Source of the DNA: Acidimicrobiales bacterium
GTDB taxonomy: Bacteria; Actinomycetota; Acidimicrobiia; Acidimicrobiales; VFJN01
Length of the DNA: 42,085 nucleotides
Direction: 5' to 3'
NCBI GenBank assembly: GCA_035693765.1
Contig: DASSGC010000694.1
Span: forward strand, 1 to 42,085
Position 1 is the stretch's first letter. Every line of letters starts with the position of its first letter. A program made the position numbers and the translations under genes. Positions 8,266 through 18,102 of the stretch are shown here, in pieces. The notes beneath the pieces are model-generated. The model worked only from the letters and a program-made list of their open reading frames with translations. It ran no database searches and was not told where the DNA came from.

Positions 8266-8868
8266 ATGCCTCTGCGCGCCATCCCCGCCGACACCACCTC
8301 CCTGTTCGTCGTGCCCTGGGCCGACGCCGTGATCGACCAGGTCGGCTACGACCCGCGGGCCGTCTACGTCGAGCGGTTCTGGCTCGGCATCCTCGGCCCG
8401 AGCGCCGTCTGGTTGCTGCGCCACCTCGTCGACCGCCTCGACGCCGCGCCCGACGGCACCCAGGTCGACCTCGACGAGTGCGCCACGTCCCTCGGTCTCG
8501 GGCGCCGGCCGGGCGCCATGGGCGCGTTCCCCCGCACCGTGACCCGGTGCTGCCAGTTCGGCGCCGCCCGCCTCGTCACGCCGACCACGCTGGCCGTCCG
8601 GCGGCGCCTGCCGCCGCTCACCCGGCGCCAGGTCGCCCGGCTGCCCCGGCCGCTCCAGGCCGACCACGCCCGCTGGGTCGACCGCCCTCCCCTCCCGGTC
8701 GACGACGGCCTCGTGCAGGCGGCCCGCCAGCTCGCGCTGTCGGTGCTGGCCCTGGGCGAGGGCGGGGACTTCGCCGAACGCCAGCTCCATCGCTGGCGCT
8801 TCCCGCCCGCCGTGGCGAACGAGGCCGCGGCCTGGGCCGTGGCCCAGCACGCGGCGACGCGGCGCTGA
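8266..8868 (+). CDS. Hypothetical protein (conserved-looking, function unknown)
   Basis: ATG at 8266. Codons between TTG 8203 and 8266 have low GC3, and GC3 becomes high after 8266. Contains YVERFWLGILGPSAVWLLRHL. No family recognised. Confidence 0.6.
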   Translation: MPLRAIPADTTSLFVVPWADAVIDQVGYDPRAVYVERFWLGILGPSAVWLLRHLVDRLDAAPDGTQVDLDECATSLGLGRRPGAMGAFPRTVTRCCQFGAARLVTPTTLAVRRRLPPLTRRQVARLPRPLQADHARWVDRPPLPVDDGLVQAARQLALSVLALGEGGDFAERQLHRWRFPPAVANEAAAWAVAQHAATRR

Positions 8869-8890
8869 CGCGGCACAGAACTGGCGTCAG
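8865..8890. terminator. Hairpin between the 8266-8868 gene and the downstream region
   Basis: CTGACGC (8865-8871), a 12-nt loop, then GCGTCAG (8884-8890). The left arm contains the TGA stop at 8866-8868. It is followed by the 10-nt tandem CCGGTGTCAA/CCGGTGTCAG (8891-8910). Confidence 0.3.
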
Positions 8891-9108
8891 CCGGTGTCAA
8901 CCGGTGTCAGTCGAGGGCGGCGCGCAGCCGGGATGGTGCTCGGCCCACCCCAGCAGATCGTCGCCCGGCACCTCTCCGGCGCCTCCGCCGCCCACACCTG
9001 CCCGCAGTCCGTACAGGTCGCCCGGGTCGGGTGGTCGCCCGCCCCGGCCGAGATCGAGGAGATCACGTGCACGTGGGCGGGCAGGCGGTCGCGCCAGTGC
9101 TGGGTCAC
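8887..9108 (-). CDS. Possible small Cys-containing protein (73 aa); strand ambiguous, alternative + strand ORF 8933-9121
   Basis: Strong G/C periodicity at one codon position, but that position is shared by the minus ORF (CTDCGQVW...CRATIC) and the plus ORF, so composition cannot decide the strand. No family recognised. Confidence 0.3.
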   Translation of the reverse strand: MTQHWRDRLPAHVHVISSISAGAGDHPTRATCTDCGQVWAAEAPERCRATICWGGPSTIPAARRPRLTPVDTG

Positions 9109-9199
9109 CCCAGTAGCATAGTTAGCTGGGCTACTCCAGCACACTGGGCACGCTGGGTGGAACTCGACCGCTGTGCGCGCTGGGCGGGATCATCTTGCT

Positions 9200-9358
9200 G
9201 TGGCGAAGCTCAACATGCCGCTCGACGAGGACCTCCACCGCCGCCTGAGGATCGCGTGCGCCAGCAAGGGCGTGCAGCAGCAGGTGTTCGTGACCGAGGC
9301 GATCCGGAAGGCCGTCGAGGAGTACGAGGCGGCGGAGGAGAAGCGCCGCCGCCGGTAG
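9200..9358 (+). CDS. Ribbon-helix-helix (CopG/ParG-like) DNA-binding protein
   Basis: [41 protein letters not shown] fits the strand-helix-helix pattern. GC3 is high from about 9200. The start is GTG 9200 or ATG 9215. Confidence 0.7.
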   Translation: MAKLNMPLDEDLHRRLRIACASKGVQQQVFVTEAIRKAVEEYEAAEEKRRRR

Positions 9359-9397
9359 CACCGCGCGGGCGGAGCTTCGGCATCGGCGTCTCGCCCC

Positions 9398-11566
9398 GTG
9401 AGTGCGGGCGAGGTCATCAGCTGCGTGATCGGCGTCGTCGAGCGCCCCGTGGTCATCTGCCTGCCGCACGGGCCGGCGGATACCCTCCGCCGGGTGGGGA
9501 CCGTGACCGGGGGAGCCGTCGTGACCGGGCTCACCCTGCTCGGCCTGCTGGCCACCTCGCTGGGCGGCTGCTCGTCCGGCGACGAGGCCGACGCCGAGCA
9601 CGAGGGGCCCGCGTCGTCGACCACCGCGCCCGCGGTGCCGGTGCTGGGCGACCGCCCCGATCCGCTGCCGGAGGTGACGCCGACGCCCCGCGACATGCGC
9701 TGGCTCGGCCCCGACGTCGAGATCCCCGAGGGCGCCACGATCCGGACCGGTCCCGAGGCGGATGCCGCCGCCCTGGCCGTCGTGGACGAGATCCTCCGCG
9801 ACGCGGGCGCGGCGGACATCGTCGTGGTCGCCGCGGGCGCCGCGGGCGCCACGGACCGCACGGCGGACCCGGCCGCCACCCGCGGGCTGGTCGTGCACGT
9901 CGGCTCCGTGTCCGACCCGGAGATCGCCGCGGCCCTCGCAGCGGCGGGCGTGACCGTGCCCGCCGACCTGCCCGCCGAGGGCTACGCCCTCGCGGCCTAC
10001 CGGCGGACCGACGGGTCGGCGGCCGTCGTGCTCGGCGGGGCCGACCCCGCCGGCACCTTCTACGCCGCCCAGACCCTGCGCCAGCTCGTGGCCCGCGGCG
10101 CGCCCGGCGGGCCGGCGGCGGCGACCGTCGCCGGGGTGGCGGTCGTCGACCAGCCGGCGATGGCCCTGCGGGGCACGATCGAGGGCTTCTACGGGAGCCC
10201 CTGGACCCACGAGGAACGCCTCGACCAGCTCGCCTTCCACGGCCGCTTCAAGCTCAACACCTACGTCTACGCCCCGAAGGACGACCCCTGGCACCGCGAC
10301 CGGTGGCGCGAGCCCTACCCGGTCGACAAGCTCGACGAGCTCCGGGCTCTGGTGGAGACCGCCGCCGCCAACCACGTCAGGTTCACCTTCGCCGTGTCGC
10401 CCGGCGTGTCGATCTGCTACTCCGACCCCGCCGACCTGGCCGCCCTCACGGCCAAGCTCGACGCCGTGCACGCCCTCGGCGTCCGCTCGTTCTCGGTGGC
10501 GCTCGACGACATCGACCACACCCGGTGGAACTGCCCGGCCGACGCCGAGCGCTACGGCGCCGCCTCGACCGCCGGTGCGGCGCAGGCCCAGGTCGACCTG
10601 CTCAACGCCGTGCAGACCGGGTTCGTCGCCGCCCGGGCGGGCGTCGCCCCCCTGCAGATGGTGCCGACCGAGTACCGCGGGACCCGCGACTCCGGCTACC
10701 GCCAGGTGCTGCGCGACGGGCTCGACCCGCAGGTCGAGGTGATGTGGACCGGCAGCTACGTCGTGCCCGCCGAGATCACCGTGGCGCAGGCCGGCGAGGC
10801 CGCGGGCACGTACGGCCGTCCGGTGCTGGTGTGGGACAACACGCCGGTGAACGACTACCCGCCGACCGCAGGCCGGTTGATCCTCGCCCCCTACGCCCGG
10901 CGGGAGCCCGGCCTGTCGGCCGCCGTCAGCGGCATCGTCCTCAACCCGATGAACCAGGCGGGCGCCAGCAAGGTCCAGCTCGTCGGGGCCGCAGACTTCA
11001 CCTGGAACGACGCCGCCTACGACCCGGCCCGGGCGCACCGGGCGGCGGCCCGCCACCTGGCCGGCGACGACACCGCCGCCGTCGAGACGCTGCTGGCGTT
11101 CTTCGACCTCGAGCACCTGGCGCCCACGTCGGCCTCGTCCGGACTCGTGTCCCAGCCCCAGGCGCCCGCCCTGGCCGGTCACCTCGACGCCTTCACGGCC
11201 GCCTGGGACGCCGGGGACAAGGCCGGCGCCGTGGCCGGGCTCCGGGCCACCGCCGACCTGCTGGCCGGCGCGCCGGCGCGCATCCGCGCCGGGTCCGTCG
11301 ACCCGCTGTTCGTCGCCGACTGCGGACCCTGGCTCGACGCCACCGCGCTGTGGGGACAGGCCCTGGTCGCCACCCTCGACGGGCTCGACGCCCGGCTGGC
11401 GGGAGACGGCGGCGCGGCCGAGGTCCGGCTGGCCGAGGCGGCCGAGCTCGCCGACCAGGCCGCGGCCATCCGCACCATCCCCGGCGAGACCCGCCCGGAG
11501 GGCCCGGTCCGGGTGGCCGACGGCGTCCTCGACCGCTTCCTGGATGCGGCGCGTGCCCTGCGCTGA
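9398..11566 (+). CDS. GH84 beta-N-acetylglucosaminidase (O-GlcNAcase/NagJ-like) lipoprotein
   Basis: [25 protein letters not shown], and the catalytic Asp pair in [10 protein letters not shown]. Lipobox LGGC follows [10 protein letters not shown]3 is high from 9398, but alternative GTG starts reach 9521. Confidence 0.88.
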   Translation: MSAGEVISCVIGVVERPVVICLPHGPADTLRRVGTVTGGAVVTGLTLLGLLATSLGGCSSGDEADAEHEGPASSTTAPAVPVLGDRPDPLPEVTPTPRDMRWLGPDVEIPEGATIRTGPEADAAALAVVDEILRDAGAADIVVVAAGAAGATDRTADPAATRGLVVHVGSVSDPEIAAALAAAGVTVPADLPAEGYALAAYRRTDGSAAVVLGGADPAGTFYAAQTLRQLVARGAPGGPAAATVAGVAVVDQPAMALRGTIEGFYGSPWTHEERLDQLAFHGRFKLNTYVYAPKDDPWHRDRWREPYPVDKLDELRALVETAAANHVRFTFAVSPGVSICYSDPADLAALTAKLDAVHALGVRSFSVALDDIDHTRWNCPADAERYGAASTAGAAQAQVDLLNAVQTGFVAARAGVAPLQMVPTEYRGTRDSGYRQVLRDGLDPQVEVMWTGSYVVPAEITVAQAGEAAGTYGRPVLVWDNTPVNDYPPTAGRLILAPYARREPGLSAAVSGIVLNPMNQAGASKVQLVGAADFTWNDAAYDPARAHRAAARHLAGDDTAAVETLLAFFDLEHLAPTSASSGLVSQPQAPALAGHLDAFTAAWDAGDKAGAVAGLRATADLLAGAPARIRAGSVDPLFVADCGPWLDATALWGQALVATLDGLDARLAGDGGAAEVRLAEAAELADQAAAIRTIPGETRPEGPVRVADGVLDRFLDAARALR

Positions 11567-11592
11567 GCGCAGGGCAGCCGGCCCCGCCGGCT
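11556..11592 (+). terminator. Two adjacent GC-rich hairpins at the GH84 stop
   Basis: CCCTGCGC-TGA-GCGCAGGG (11556-11574, with the stop codon in the loop), then AGCCGG-CCCCG-CCGGCT (11576-11592). There is no U-tract. Confidence 0.35.
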
Positions 11593-11610
11593 CCCCCTAT
11601 CGTCGGGCCC

Positions 11611-12561
11611 ATGACCCACGCGATCGCGGTGTCGGGACTGGTGAAGACGTTCGGTCACGTCCGGGCGCTCGACGGCCTCGACCTCACCGTGGCCACCGGC
11701 GAGGTGCACGGCTTCCTGGGACCCAACGGCTCGGGCAAGAGCACCACCATCCGCGTCCTGCTCGGGTTGCTGCGGGCCGACGCGGGCGAGGTCACCCTGC
11801 TCGGCGGCGACCCCTGGCACGACGCGGTCGCCCTGCACCGCCGCCTCGCCTACGTGCCCGGTGAGGTGAACCTGTGGCCGTCGCTCACCGGCGGCGAGGT
11901 GATCGACCTGCTCGGGGGCCTGCGCGGCGGCCTCGATCCGCGGCGCCGGGACGCCCTGCTCGACCGGTTCGAGCTCGATCCCCGCAAGAAGGCCCGCACC
12001 TACTCCAAGGGCAACCGCCAGAAGATCGCGCTGGTCGCCGCGCTCGCCTCCGACGCCGAGCTGCTGCTGCTGGACGAGCCGACCTCGGGACTCGACCCGC
12101 TCATGGAGACCGCCTTCCAGGAGACCGTGCGGGAGATCACCGGCGAGGGGCAGACGGTGCTGCTGTCGAGCCACATCCTGGCCGAGGTCGAGGCGCTGTG
12201 CGACCGGGTGAGCATCATCCGGCTGGGCCGGACGGTCGAGAGCGGCACCCTCGCCGAGATGCGCCACCTCACCCGGACGTCGGTCACGGTCGAGACGGCG
12301 GAACCCCTCGCCGGGCTGGTCGACCTGCCCGGCGTGCACGACGCCAAGCTCGACGGCAACCGGGCGCAGTTCGACGTCGACATGGCGCAGCTCGACGAGG
12401 TGGTACGCCACCTTGCCGCCCTCGGCGTCCGGAACCTCGTCAGCCAGCCGCCGACGCTGGAGGAGCTGTTCCTGCGCCACTACGGCGACGAGCTGGCCGA
12501 GATCGAGAACGGATCGGTCGCCGGCGACGGCGACCGCCGGCGCGGCACGGTGTCCCGATGA
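11611..12561 (+). CDS. ABC transporter ATP-binding protein (DrrA-like, ABC-2 exporter)
   Basis: ATG at 11611. Walker [10 protein letters not shown], signature YSKGNRQK, Walker [13 protein letters not shown]. Confidence 0.9.
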   Translation: MTHAIAVSGLVKTFGHVRALDGLDLTVATGEVHGFLGPNGSGKSTTIRVLLGLLRADAGEVTLLGGDPWHDAVALHRRLAYVPGEVNLWPSLTGGEVIDLLGGLRGGLDPRRRDALLDRFELDPRKKARTYSKGNRQKIALVAALASDAELLLLDEPTSGLDPLMETAFQETVREITGEGQTVLLSSHILAEVEALCDRVSIIRLGRTVESGTLAEMRHLTRTSVTVETAEPLAGLVDLPGVHDAKLDGNRAQFDVDMAQLDEVVRHLAALGVRNLVSQPPTLEELFLRHYGDELAEIENGSVAGDGDRRRGTVSR

Positions 12562-14147
12562 CCTTCACCGGCACCTGGGCGCTGCTCCGGACCTTCGTCC
12601 GGCTCGACCGCGTGCGGCTGGCCGTGTGGATGGGCAGCATCACCCTGCTCATCTGGGTGAGCGCGGCGAGCACCATGGCGCTGTTCCCGACCCAGGCCGA
12701 CATCGACAGGACGGCGGCCACGATGGAGGACAACTCCGCCATCATCGCCCTCAACGCCGCGCCCTACGGGCTGCGCACGCTGGGCGGCGAGGTCGTGTTC
12801 GGCATCGGCAGCTTCGGCCACGTCGTCATGGGGCTGATGGGGATGTTCCTCGTGGGGCGGCACATCCGGGGCGACGAGGAGGCCGGCCGCACCGAGCTGC
12901 TCCGGGCCACGGCGATCGGCCGCAACGCGCCGATGGTCGCCGCGCTGGCCAACGCCGTCGGGGCCCTGGCCATCACCGGGGTCCTGATCACGCTGGTCAT
13001 GCTCGCCTACGGCCTCCCGGCGGGCGGCTCGGTCGCCTACGGCGCCGGCATGGCCGCCTTCGGCATCCTGTTCGCCAACGCCACGGTGGTGGCGGGCCAG
13101 GTGACCGAGCACAACCGGGCCGCCTACGGCATCGCGGGGGCCGCGCTCGGCGCCTCGTACGTCATCCGCGCCGTGGGCGACATCGGCACCGGCACCCTGT
13201 CGTGGCTGTCGCCGATGGGCTGGGCCCAGGCGATCAAGGCCTTCGCCGGCGAGCGCTGGTGGACGCTCGGGCTGCTGGCCGCCACCGCGGTCGGCCTGGT
13301 GGGCGTCGCCGCATGGCTGATGGCCCACCGCGACCTGGGCAGTGGGCTGGTGGTGCCGCGGCCGGGGCCGTCCGGGGCGGCGCCGGGACTGGTCCGCCCC
13401 TGGGGCCTGGCGGTGCGGCTGCAGCGGGCCGCCCTCTTCTGGTGGACCGTCGGGTTGGCGCTCACCGGGCTCTCCTACGGCGCCATCGGCAAGGACATAC
13501 GCGACTTCATCGCCGAGAACGACGCGATGGCGGACATCATCGCCCAGGGCACCGGCGACCTGACCGACACGTTCTTCGCCACGTCGGCCCTCACCCTGGC
13601 GCTGGTGGCGGGCGGGTTCACGGTGGCCGCGGTGGTGCGGCTGCGGAGCGAGGAGACGTCCGGCCGGGCCGAGCCCCTCCTCGCCACCGCCCTGCCCCGG
13701 TCCACGTGGGCGGGCGGGCACCTGCTCATGGCCGTCGCCGGCACCGTGGTCGTGCTGGCGGGCGGGGGGTTGGGCATGGGCCTCGCCTACGGCGTGTCGG
13801 TCGGCGACCTGGGCGAGGCCGGGCCGCTGCTGGCCGCCAGCGTGGCCTTCGCCCCGGCGCTGTGGGTGCTCGCCGGGTTGGCGCTGGCCCTGTTCGGCCT
13901 GCTGCCCCGCGCCGCGACGTGGGGGGCGTGGGCGGCGCTGACGCTGTGCTTCGTCATCAGCTACTTCGGTCAGCTGTTCGACCTGCCCGGCTGGGTGATG
14001 GACCTGTCGCCGTTCCAGCACGTGCCCCAGATGCCGGCCGAGGGGTTCGACCTCGTCCCCACGGCGGTGTTGACCCTCGCGGCGGCGCTGCTGGTGGCGG
14101 TGGGGCTGGCCGGCCTCCGCCACCGCGACATCGCCACCGGGGCCTGA
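12558..14147 (+). CDS. ABC-2 family exporter permease (large, ~12 TM)
   Basis: ATG at 12558 overlaps the ATPase stop (ATGA). 529 aa, highly hydrophobic throughout. Confidence 0.85.
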   Translation: MTFTGTWALLRTFVRLDRVRLAVWMGSITLLIWVSAASTMALFPTQADIDRTAATMEDNSAIIALNAAPYGLRTLGGEVVFGIGSFGHVVMGLMGMFLVGRHIRGDEEAGRTELLRATAIGRNAPMVAALANAVGALAITGVLITLVMLAYGLPAGGSVAYGAGMAAFGILFANATVVAGQVTEHNRAAYGIAGAALGASYVIRAVGDIGTGTLSWLSPMGWAQAIKAFAGERWWTLGLLAATAVGLVGVAAWLMAHRDLGSGLVVPRPGPSGAAPGLVRPWGLAVRLQRAALFWWTVGLALTGLSYGAIGKDIRDFIAENDAMADIIAQGTGDLTDTFFATSALTLALVAGGFTVAAVVRLRSEETSGRAEPLLATALPRSTWAGGHLLMAVAGTVVVLAGGGLGMGLAYGVSVGDLGEAGPLLAASVAFAPALWVLAGLALALFGLLPRAATWGAWAALTLCFVISYFGQLFDLPGWVMDLSPFQHVPQMPAEGFDLVPTAVLTLAAALLVAVGLAGLRHRDIATGA

Positions 14148-14160
14148 GCGCGCGGCCACG

Positions 14161-14188
14161 GCCTGACCGTCGGCCCGGGCGGTCAGGC
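14161..14188. terminator. Bidirectional hairpin between convergent permease and pepA
   Basis: GCCTGACCG (14161-14169), a 10-nt loop, then CGGTCAGGC (14180-14188). The right arm contains the pepA stop (14183-14185). Confidence 0.45.
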
Positions 14189-15673
14189 GGCCGGCTTGCG
14201 GAAGTCCGACAGCAGGCGCAGCAGGGTGCGGACCCCGAAGCCGGTGCCGCCCTTGCGCGTCTCGCCGTCCTCCTCGCTCGCGTCGGCGGGGCCGGCGATG
14301 TCGAGGTGGGCCCACGGGATGCCGTCGCCCACGAACTCCTGCAGGAACACAGCGGCGACGAGCGCCCCGCCCCACCGCGCCCCGGCCACGTTCTTCACGT
14401 CGGCGACGTCGGAGTCGATCTGGCTCCGCATGTCGGCCGGCACGGGCAGCCGCCACACCGGCTCGCCCTCGGCGTCGGCCGCGGCCTGGACCTGGCCCAC
14501 GAACGCGTCGTGGTTGCCCATCAGGCCGGCGATCCGGGTGCCGAGCGCCATCATGCAGGCGCCGGTGAGGGTGGCCAGGTCGACGATGGCGTCCGGCGCC
14601 TCGTCGCTGGCGAGCGCCAGGGCGTCGGCCAGCACCAGCCGGCCCTCGGCGTCGGTGTTGAGCACCTCGACCGTGGTGCCGTTGCGGATGCGGAGCACGT
14701 CGCCGACCCGGGTCGCGTCGCCGCCCGGCATGTTGTCGGTGAGGGGCAGGTACCCGACCACCCGCACCGGCGGCCGGACGGCCTCGAGGGCAGAGAAGGT
14801 GGCGAGCACCGCGGCGGCTCCCGCCATGTCGCCCTTCATGCCGACCATCGAGTCCGCCGTCTTGAGCGACAGGCCCCCGGAGTCGAACGTGATGCCCTTG
14901 CCGACGAGCGCCACCGTGCCCCGGGGGCGCTCCGGCTCCCACGACAGCTTCACGAAGCGCGGCTCCTCCGTCGAGCCCCGGTTGACGCCGAGGAGGCCGC
15001 CCATCTCCTGCTCCTCGATGGCCGCCTGGTCGAGCACCTCGATGTCGAAGCCGCGCAGGGCCGCCAGGTCCTCGGCCCGGGTGGCGAAGGCGGTGGGCGT
15101 GAGCGTGCCGCCGGGCTGGTTGACCAGGTCGCGGGCCAGGCACACCGCCTCGGCCACCGCCCGGCCCCGGGCCAGCGCCGCCTCGACCCGCTTGCCGCTC
15201 CCGCCCACCACCGTCAGCGACTCGACGTGGCTGCGCTCGGGATCGGACTTCAGCGCCGTGTAGCGGTAGGCGCCGAGCAGCACGCCCTCGGCCAGCGCCT
15301 GGGCCACCGCCGGCCGGTCGAGGTGCTCCGGCAGGCTGTCGAGCACGTCGAGCGCCAGGTGGGTGCGGCGGCTGGCCGCCCGGGCCAGCGCGGCGGCCGC
15401 CTTGCGGTAGGTGCCCGCATCGGCGTCGGCCGCGGGACCGAGGCCGAGCGCCACCAGCATCCGCCCGTCGGGGCCCGGCACCACCGCCGACTGCCCGGGC
15501 TTGCCGGTGAAGCCCTGCCCGTCGAGGAACGCCGCGTCGAACCCCTCGGGCGTCTCGCCGGACTCCAGGCGGTCGGCGAACACGCCGACCCCGATGGCGT
15601 CGACCGGTGCCGCGGCACCGCGGTCCTCCCCGGGGGCAGGGATGGCACGCGTGAGTTCGATGGCGATCGACAT
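14183..15673 (-). CDS. pepA: Leucyl aminopeptidase (M17)
   Basis: M17 signature NTDAEGRLVLADAL. Also VGKGITFDSGG and MKGDMAGAA. Confidence 0.93.
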   Translation of the reverse strand: MSIAIELTRAIPAPGEDRGAAAPVDAIGVGVFADRLESGETPEGFDAAFLDGQGFTGKPGQSAVVPGPDGRMLVALGLGPAADADAGTYRKAAAALARAASRRTHLALDVLDSLPEHLDRPAVAQALAEGVLLGAYRYTALKSDPERSHVESLTVVGGSGKRVEAALARGRAVAEAVCLARDLVNQPGGTLTPTAFATRAEDLAALRGFDIEVLDQAAIEEQEMGGLLGVNRGSTEEPRFVKLSWEPERPRGTVALVGKGITFDSGGLSLKTADSMVGMKGDMAGAAAVLATFSALEAVRPPVRVVGYLPLTDNMPGGDATRVGDVLRIRNGTTVEVLNTDAEGRLVLADALALASDEAPDAIVDLATLTGACMMALGTRIAGLMGNHDAFVGQVQAAADAEGEPVWRLPVPADMRSQIDSDVADVKNVAGARWGGALVAAVFLQEFVGDGIPWAHLDIAGPADASEEDGETRKGGTGFGVRTLLRLLSDFRKPAA

Positions 15674-15766
15674 GGCGGTCAGGCTACGGCCGGTGGCACC
15701 CAGGCGGGGACCTCCCGGCCCCGGAGGCGGGCTCGGCCCGCGGCCGGGAACCTCCGCCGGTGGCGG

Positions 15767-16309
15767 TCAGGTGATGTCGCGGCTGAGCAGGTGGTCGCCC
15801 TCCACCCAGCGGGCCTGGACCCACAGCAGCGACGACAGCCGGTTGAGGTACGGCAGCACGTGCGAGCCCGGCACGGTGGCGGCGAGCGCGTCGCGCTCGG
15901 CCCGGCGGACGACCGTCCGGGCCAGGTCGAGCTGCGCCGCCAGCGGGGTCTGGCCCGGCACCACGAACTGGGCCGGCGGCTCGAAGCGGGCGCCCACGTC
16001 GTCGACCAGGGCCTCGATCGACGCCACCATGGCGGCGGTCACCCGGGTCTGCCCGTCGGTGAGCTTGTCGTGGTTCTCGGGCAGCGTGGCCAGCTCGCCC
16101 ATCAGCACCCACAGGTCGCGGCACACCTGGGTCAGGGCCCGGTCGACGGCGCCGCCGCGCTCGGCCAGCGACCGGGCGACGCCGATCGACGCCTGCGCCT
16201 CGTCGACGGCCCCGCACGCCCGCGGGTGGGCCGAGTCCTTGGGCACCCGCCCCCCGAACAGGAGGCCGGTGGTACCGTCGTCGCCCTTGCCGGTGTAGAG
16301 GCGGGTCAT
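15767..16309 (-). CDS. ATP:cob(I)alamin adenosyltransferase, PduO type
   Basis: N-terminal MTRLYTGKGDDGTTGL, with the length and helical-bundle pattern of the family. Confidence 0.88.
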   Translation of the reverse strand: MTRLYTGKGDDGTTGLLFGGRVPKDSAHPRACGAVDEAQASIGVARSLAERGGAVDRALTQVCRDLWVLMGELATLPENHDKLTDGQTRVTAAMVASIEALVDDVGARFEPPAQFVVPGQTPLAAQLDLARTVVRRAERDALAATVPGSHVLPYLNRLSSLLWVQARWVEGDHLLSRDIT

Positions 16310-16382
16310 CGCGGCGACGCTACCGTGCCGCCGGGCGCCCAGGTCCCCAGGTCCCAGGTCGGCGACCCTCGACCCTCGACGT

Positions 16383-17021
16383 CTACCGCACGTCGAGGTC
16401 CGCGCCGGCGAGCAGCACGGCGGCGCGATCGAGCGTGACCCGCAGGTTGTCCTCGGCCACCAGCGCCCTGGCCTCGTCCACCGCCATCCAGCGCAGCGGC
16501 GCGTCCGAACGTTCGGGCCGGGCGTCGCCGGGGCGGGCGGTGGCCAGGAGGTAGCGGAGGTCGGCGTGGTGATGGGCCGGCTCGCCCTTCCCCTCCGGCA
16601 CCGGGACGATCACCACGTGGACGAGCCGGGGGGCGGCGGGCTCGGGCCAGGGAGCGAGGTCGGCCAGCCCGGTCTCCTCCCGCCCCTCGCGCCGGGCGAC
16701 CGCCAGGGGGCTCGACTCGCCCGGGTCGCCGTGACCGCCGACCTGCAGCCAGCTGCCCATCCGCACGTGCCAGCGGAGCAGCACCCGGCCCGTGGGCGGG
16801 TGGACGACGAGCGCCGACCCGGTGACGTGCACGGGCTGCGACCGGCTCCACGGGTCGCCACCGGCTGCGATCAGCGCCTGGATGCGGGCCACGTCGGCCG
16901 CCTCCATCTCGTCGCCCGGCCGGTGCGCCGCGAGGGCTTCGGCGACGCCCGGCCCGGCGGCGCCGTCGGGTCCGGCCCCGGGATCGGCCCCGGGACCGGC
17001 CCCGCGGTCGGCGCCGGCCAT
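16383..17021 (-). CDS. NUDIX hydrolase
   Basis: NUDIX box GGHGDPGESSPLAVARREGREETGL. ATG 17021 overlaps the upstream stop (TGATG). An alternative ATG at 16907 would skip a Gly/Pro/Ala/Asp-rich N-terminus. Confidence 0.8.
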   Translation of the reverse strand: MAGADRGAGPGADPGAGPDGAAGPGVAEALAAHRPGDEMEAADVARIQALIAAGGDPWSRSQPVHVTGSALVVHPPTGRVLLRWHVRMGSWLQVGGHGDPGESSPLAVARREGREETGLADLAPWPEPAAPRLVHVVIVPVPEGKGEPAHHHADLRYLLATARPGDARPERSDAPLRWMAVDEARALVAEDNLRVTLDRAAVLLAGADLDVR

Positions 17022-17917
17022 CAGTAGCCCGCCGCCGGGTCGACCGGCCCCACGAGCGGCTCGCCCGCCGCCCAGCGGCCCACGTTGTCCCTCACCCGGG
17101 CGGTCAGCAGCGGGACGGCCATCTGCGGCGTGTTGCCCGTGTGGGGCGTGACCAGCGCGTTCGGCAGGTCCCACAGCGGGTGGCCGCCGGGCAGCGGCTC
17201 GGGATCGGTGACGTCGAGCCCCGCGCTGCCCAACCGGCCGTCGCGCAGCGCGGCGACCAGGTCGTCGGTGACCACGTGCCGGCCGCGGGCGACGTTGACC
17301 AGGCAGGCGCCGTCCGCCAGCAGCCCGAGCCGCCGTGCGTCGAGGAGCCGGTCGGTGGCCGGCAGGAGGGGCAGGGCCAGCACCACCAGGTCGGTGCCCG
17401 TGAGCGCGACGTCGAGGTCGGCGTCGGCGACGACCCGGGCCGCGCCCGGCATCGGCCGGGGCGTGCGCCGGACCACGGTGACATCGCAGCCGAACGGGTC
17501 GAGCAACCGCAGCAGCGCCTCGGCGATGCCGCCGCCCCCGACGATGGTCACCCGCGCCCCGATGAGGTTGCGGCCGCGGGGCCGGGTCCACGACCGGGCC
17601 CGGGCGTAGCGGTCGAGGCCCCGCATGCCGGCCAGCGCCAGCGCCAGGGCGTGCTCGGCCACGGGCTCGGCGTAGACGCCCTTGCCGCAGGTCCAGGTGC
17701 GGTCGGCATGGGCCCGGATCACCTCGACGTAGGGCTCGACGCCGGCCCAGGGAAGCTGGACCCAGCGCAGGTGCGGGTGCTCGTCGAGCACCGCGCCCAG
17801 CCCGGCCGGGTCGGCGTGGTCCGTCCACACGAGCGCGTCGGCGTCGCCGGGGTCGACCACGACGCCGCCCCCGGCCTCGACCGCGGCCGCGAGGGCGAAC
17901 CCGAGCGGAGAGGTCAC
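17021..17917 (-). CDS. D-isomer-specific 2-hydroxyacid dehydrogenase family protein
   Basis: NAD-binding site VTIVGGGGIAEAL, plus VNVARG, DVTDPEP and TPHTG. GTG 17917 is the conservative start; the frame stays open to ATG 18079 and 18157, running through repeat copy B. Confidence 0.85.
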   Translation of the reverse strand: MTSPLGFALAAAVEAGGGVVVDPGDADALVWTDHADPAGLGAVLDEHPHLRWVQLPWAGVEPYVEVIRAHADRTWTCGKGVYAEPVAEHALALALAGMRGLDRYARARSWTRPRGRNLIGARVTIVGGGGIAEALLRLLDPFGCDVTVVRRTPRPMPGAARVVADADLDVALTGTDLVVLALPLLPATDRLLDARRLGLLADGACLVNVARGRHVVTDDLVAALRDGRLGSAGLDVTDPEPLPGGHPLWDLPNALVTPHTGNTPQMAVPLLTARVRDNVGRWAAGEPLVGPVDPAAGY

Positions 17918-18028
17918 ACCGGCGCGTGTCACCGTGCTGCGTTGCCGGTCGGCCGAGGTGTCGAGCTGGTGCTCCCCTGCCCCATCCCCACGCGCCGGCC
18001 GTGGCGAGCGCCCGATCCGCTCGGCTTC
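17900..18028. repeat. Copy B of the dispersed repeat (partner at 991-1119)
   Basis: Same orientation as copy A. Inner inverted repeat CCGGCGCGTG (17919-17928) / CACGCGCCGG (17989-17998). Outer pair CCGAGCGGA (17901-17909) / TCCGCTCGG (18016-18024). Confidence 0.85.
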
Positions 18029-18102
18029 GTCCCCGCGCGGCAGCGCCGGCAGCACAGCGATGCGGGGCGCGTCGGCCATCCCGGCGAGGCTACCGGTCGC
18101 CG

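Noticed and set aside
14177-15770. Recurrence of GGCGGTCAGG at 14178-14187, about 15674-15684 and about 15757-15770.
   Set aside because: Each occurrence overlaps or adjoins a minus-strand stop (TCA) or start context in GC-rich sequence. The motif is short and its flanks are unrelated, so it is most likely chance.
17973-17995. A G-quadruplex on the minus strand of repeat copy B (GGGG AU GGGG CA GGGG).
   Set aside because: There are only three G-runs close together, and they are not conserved in copy A (GGGGATTTGGCATGG). It is unlikely to be the selected feature of the repeat.
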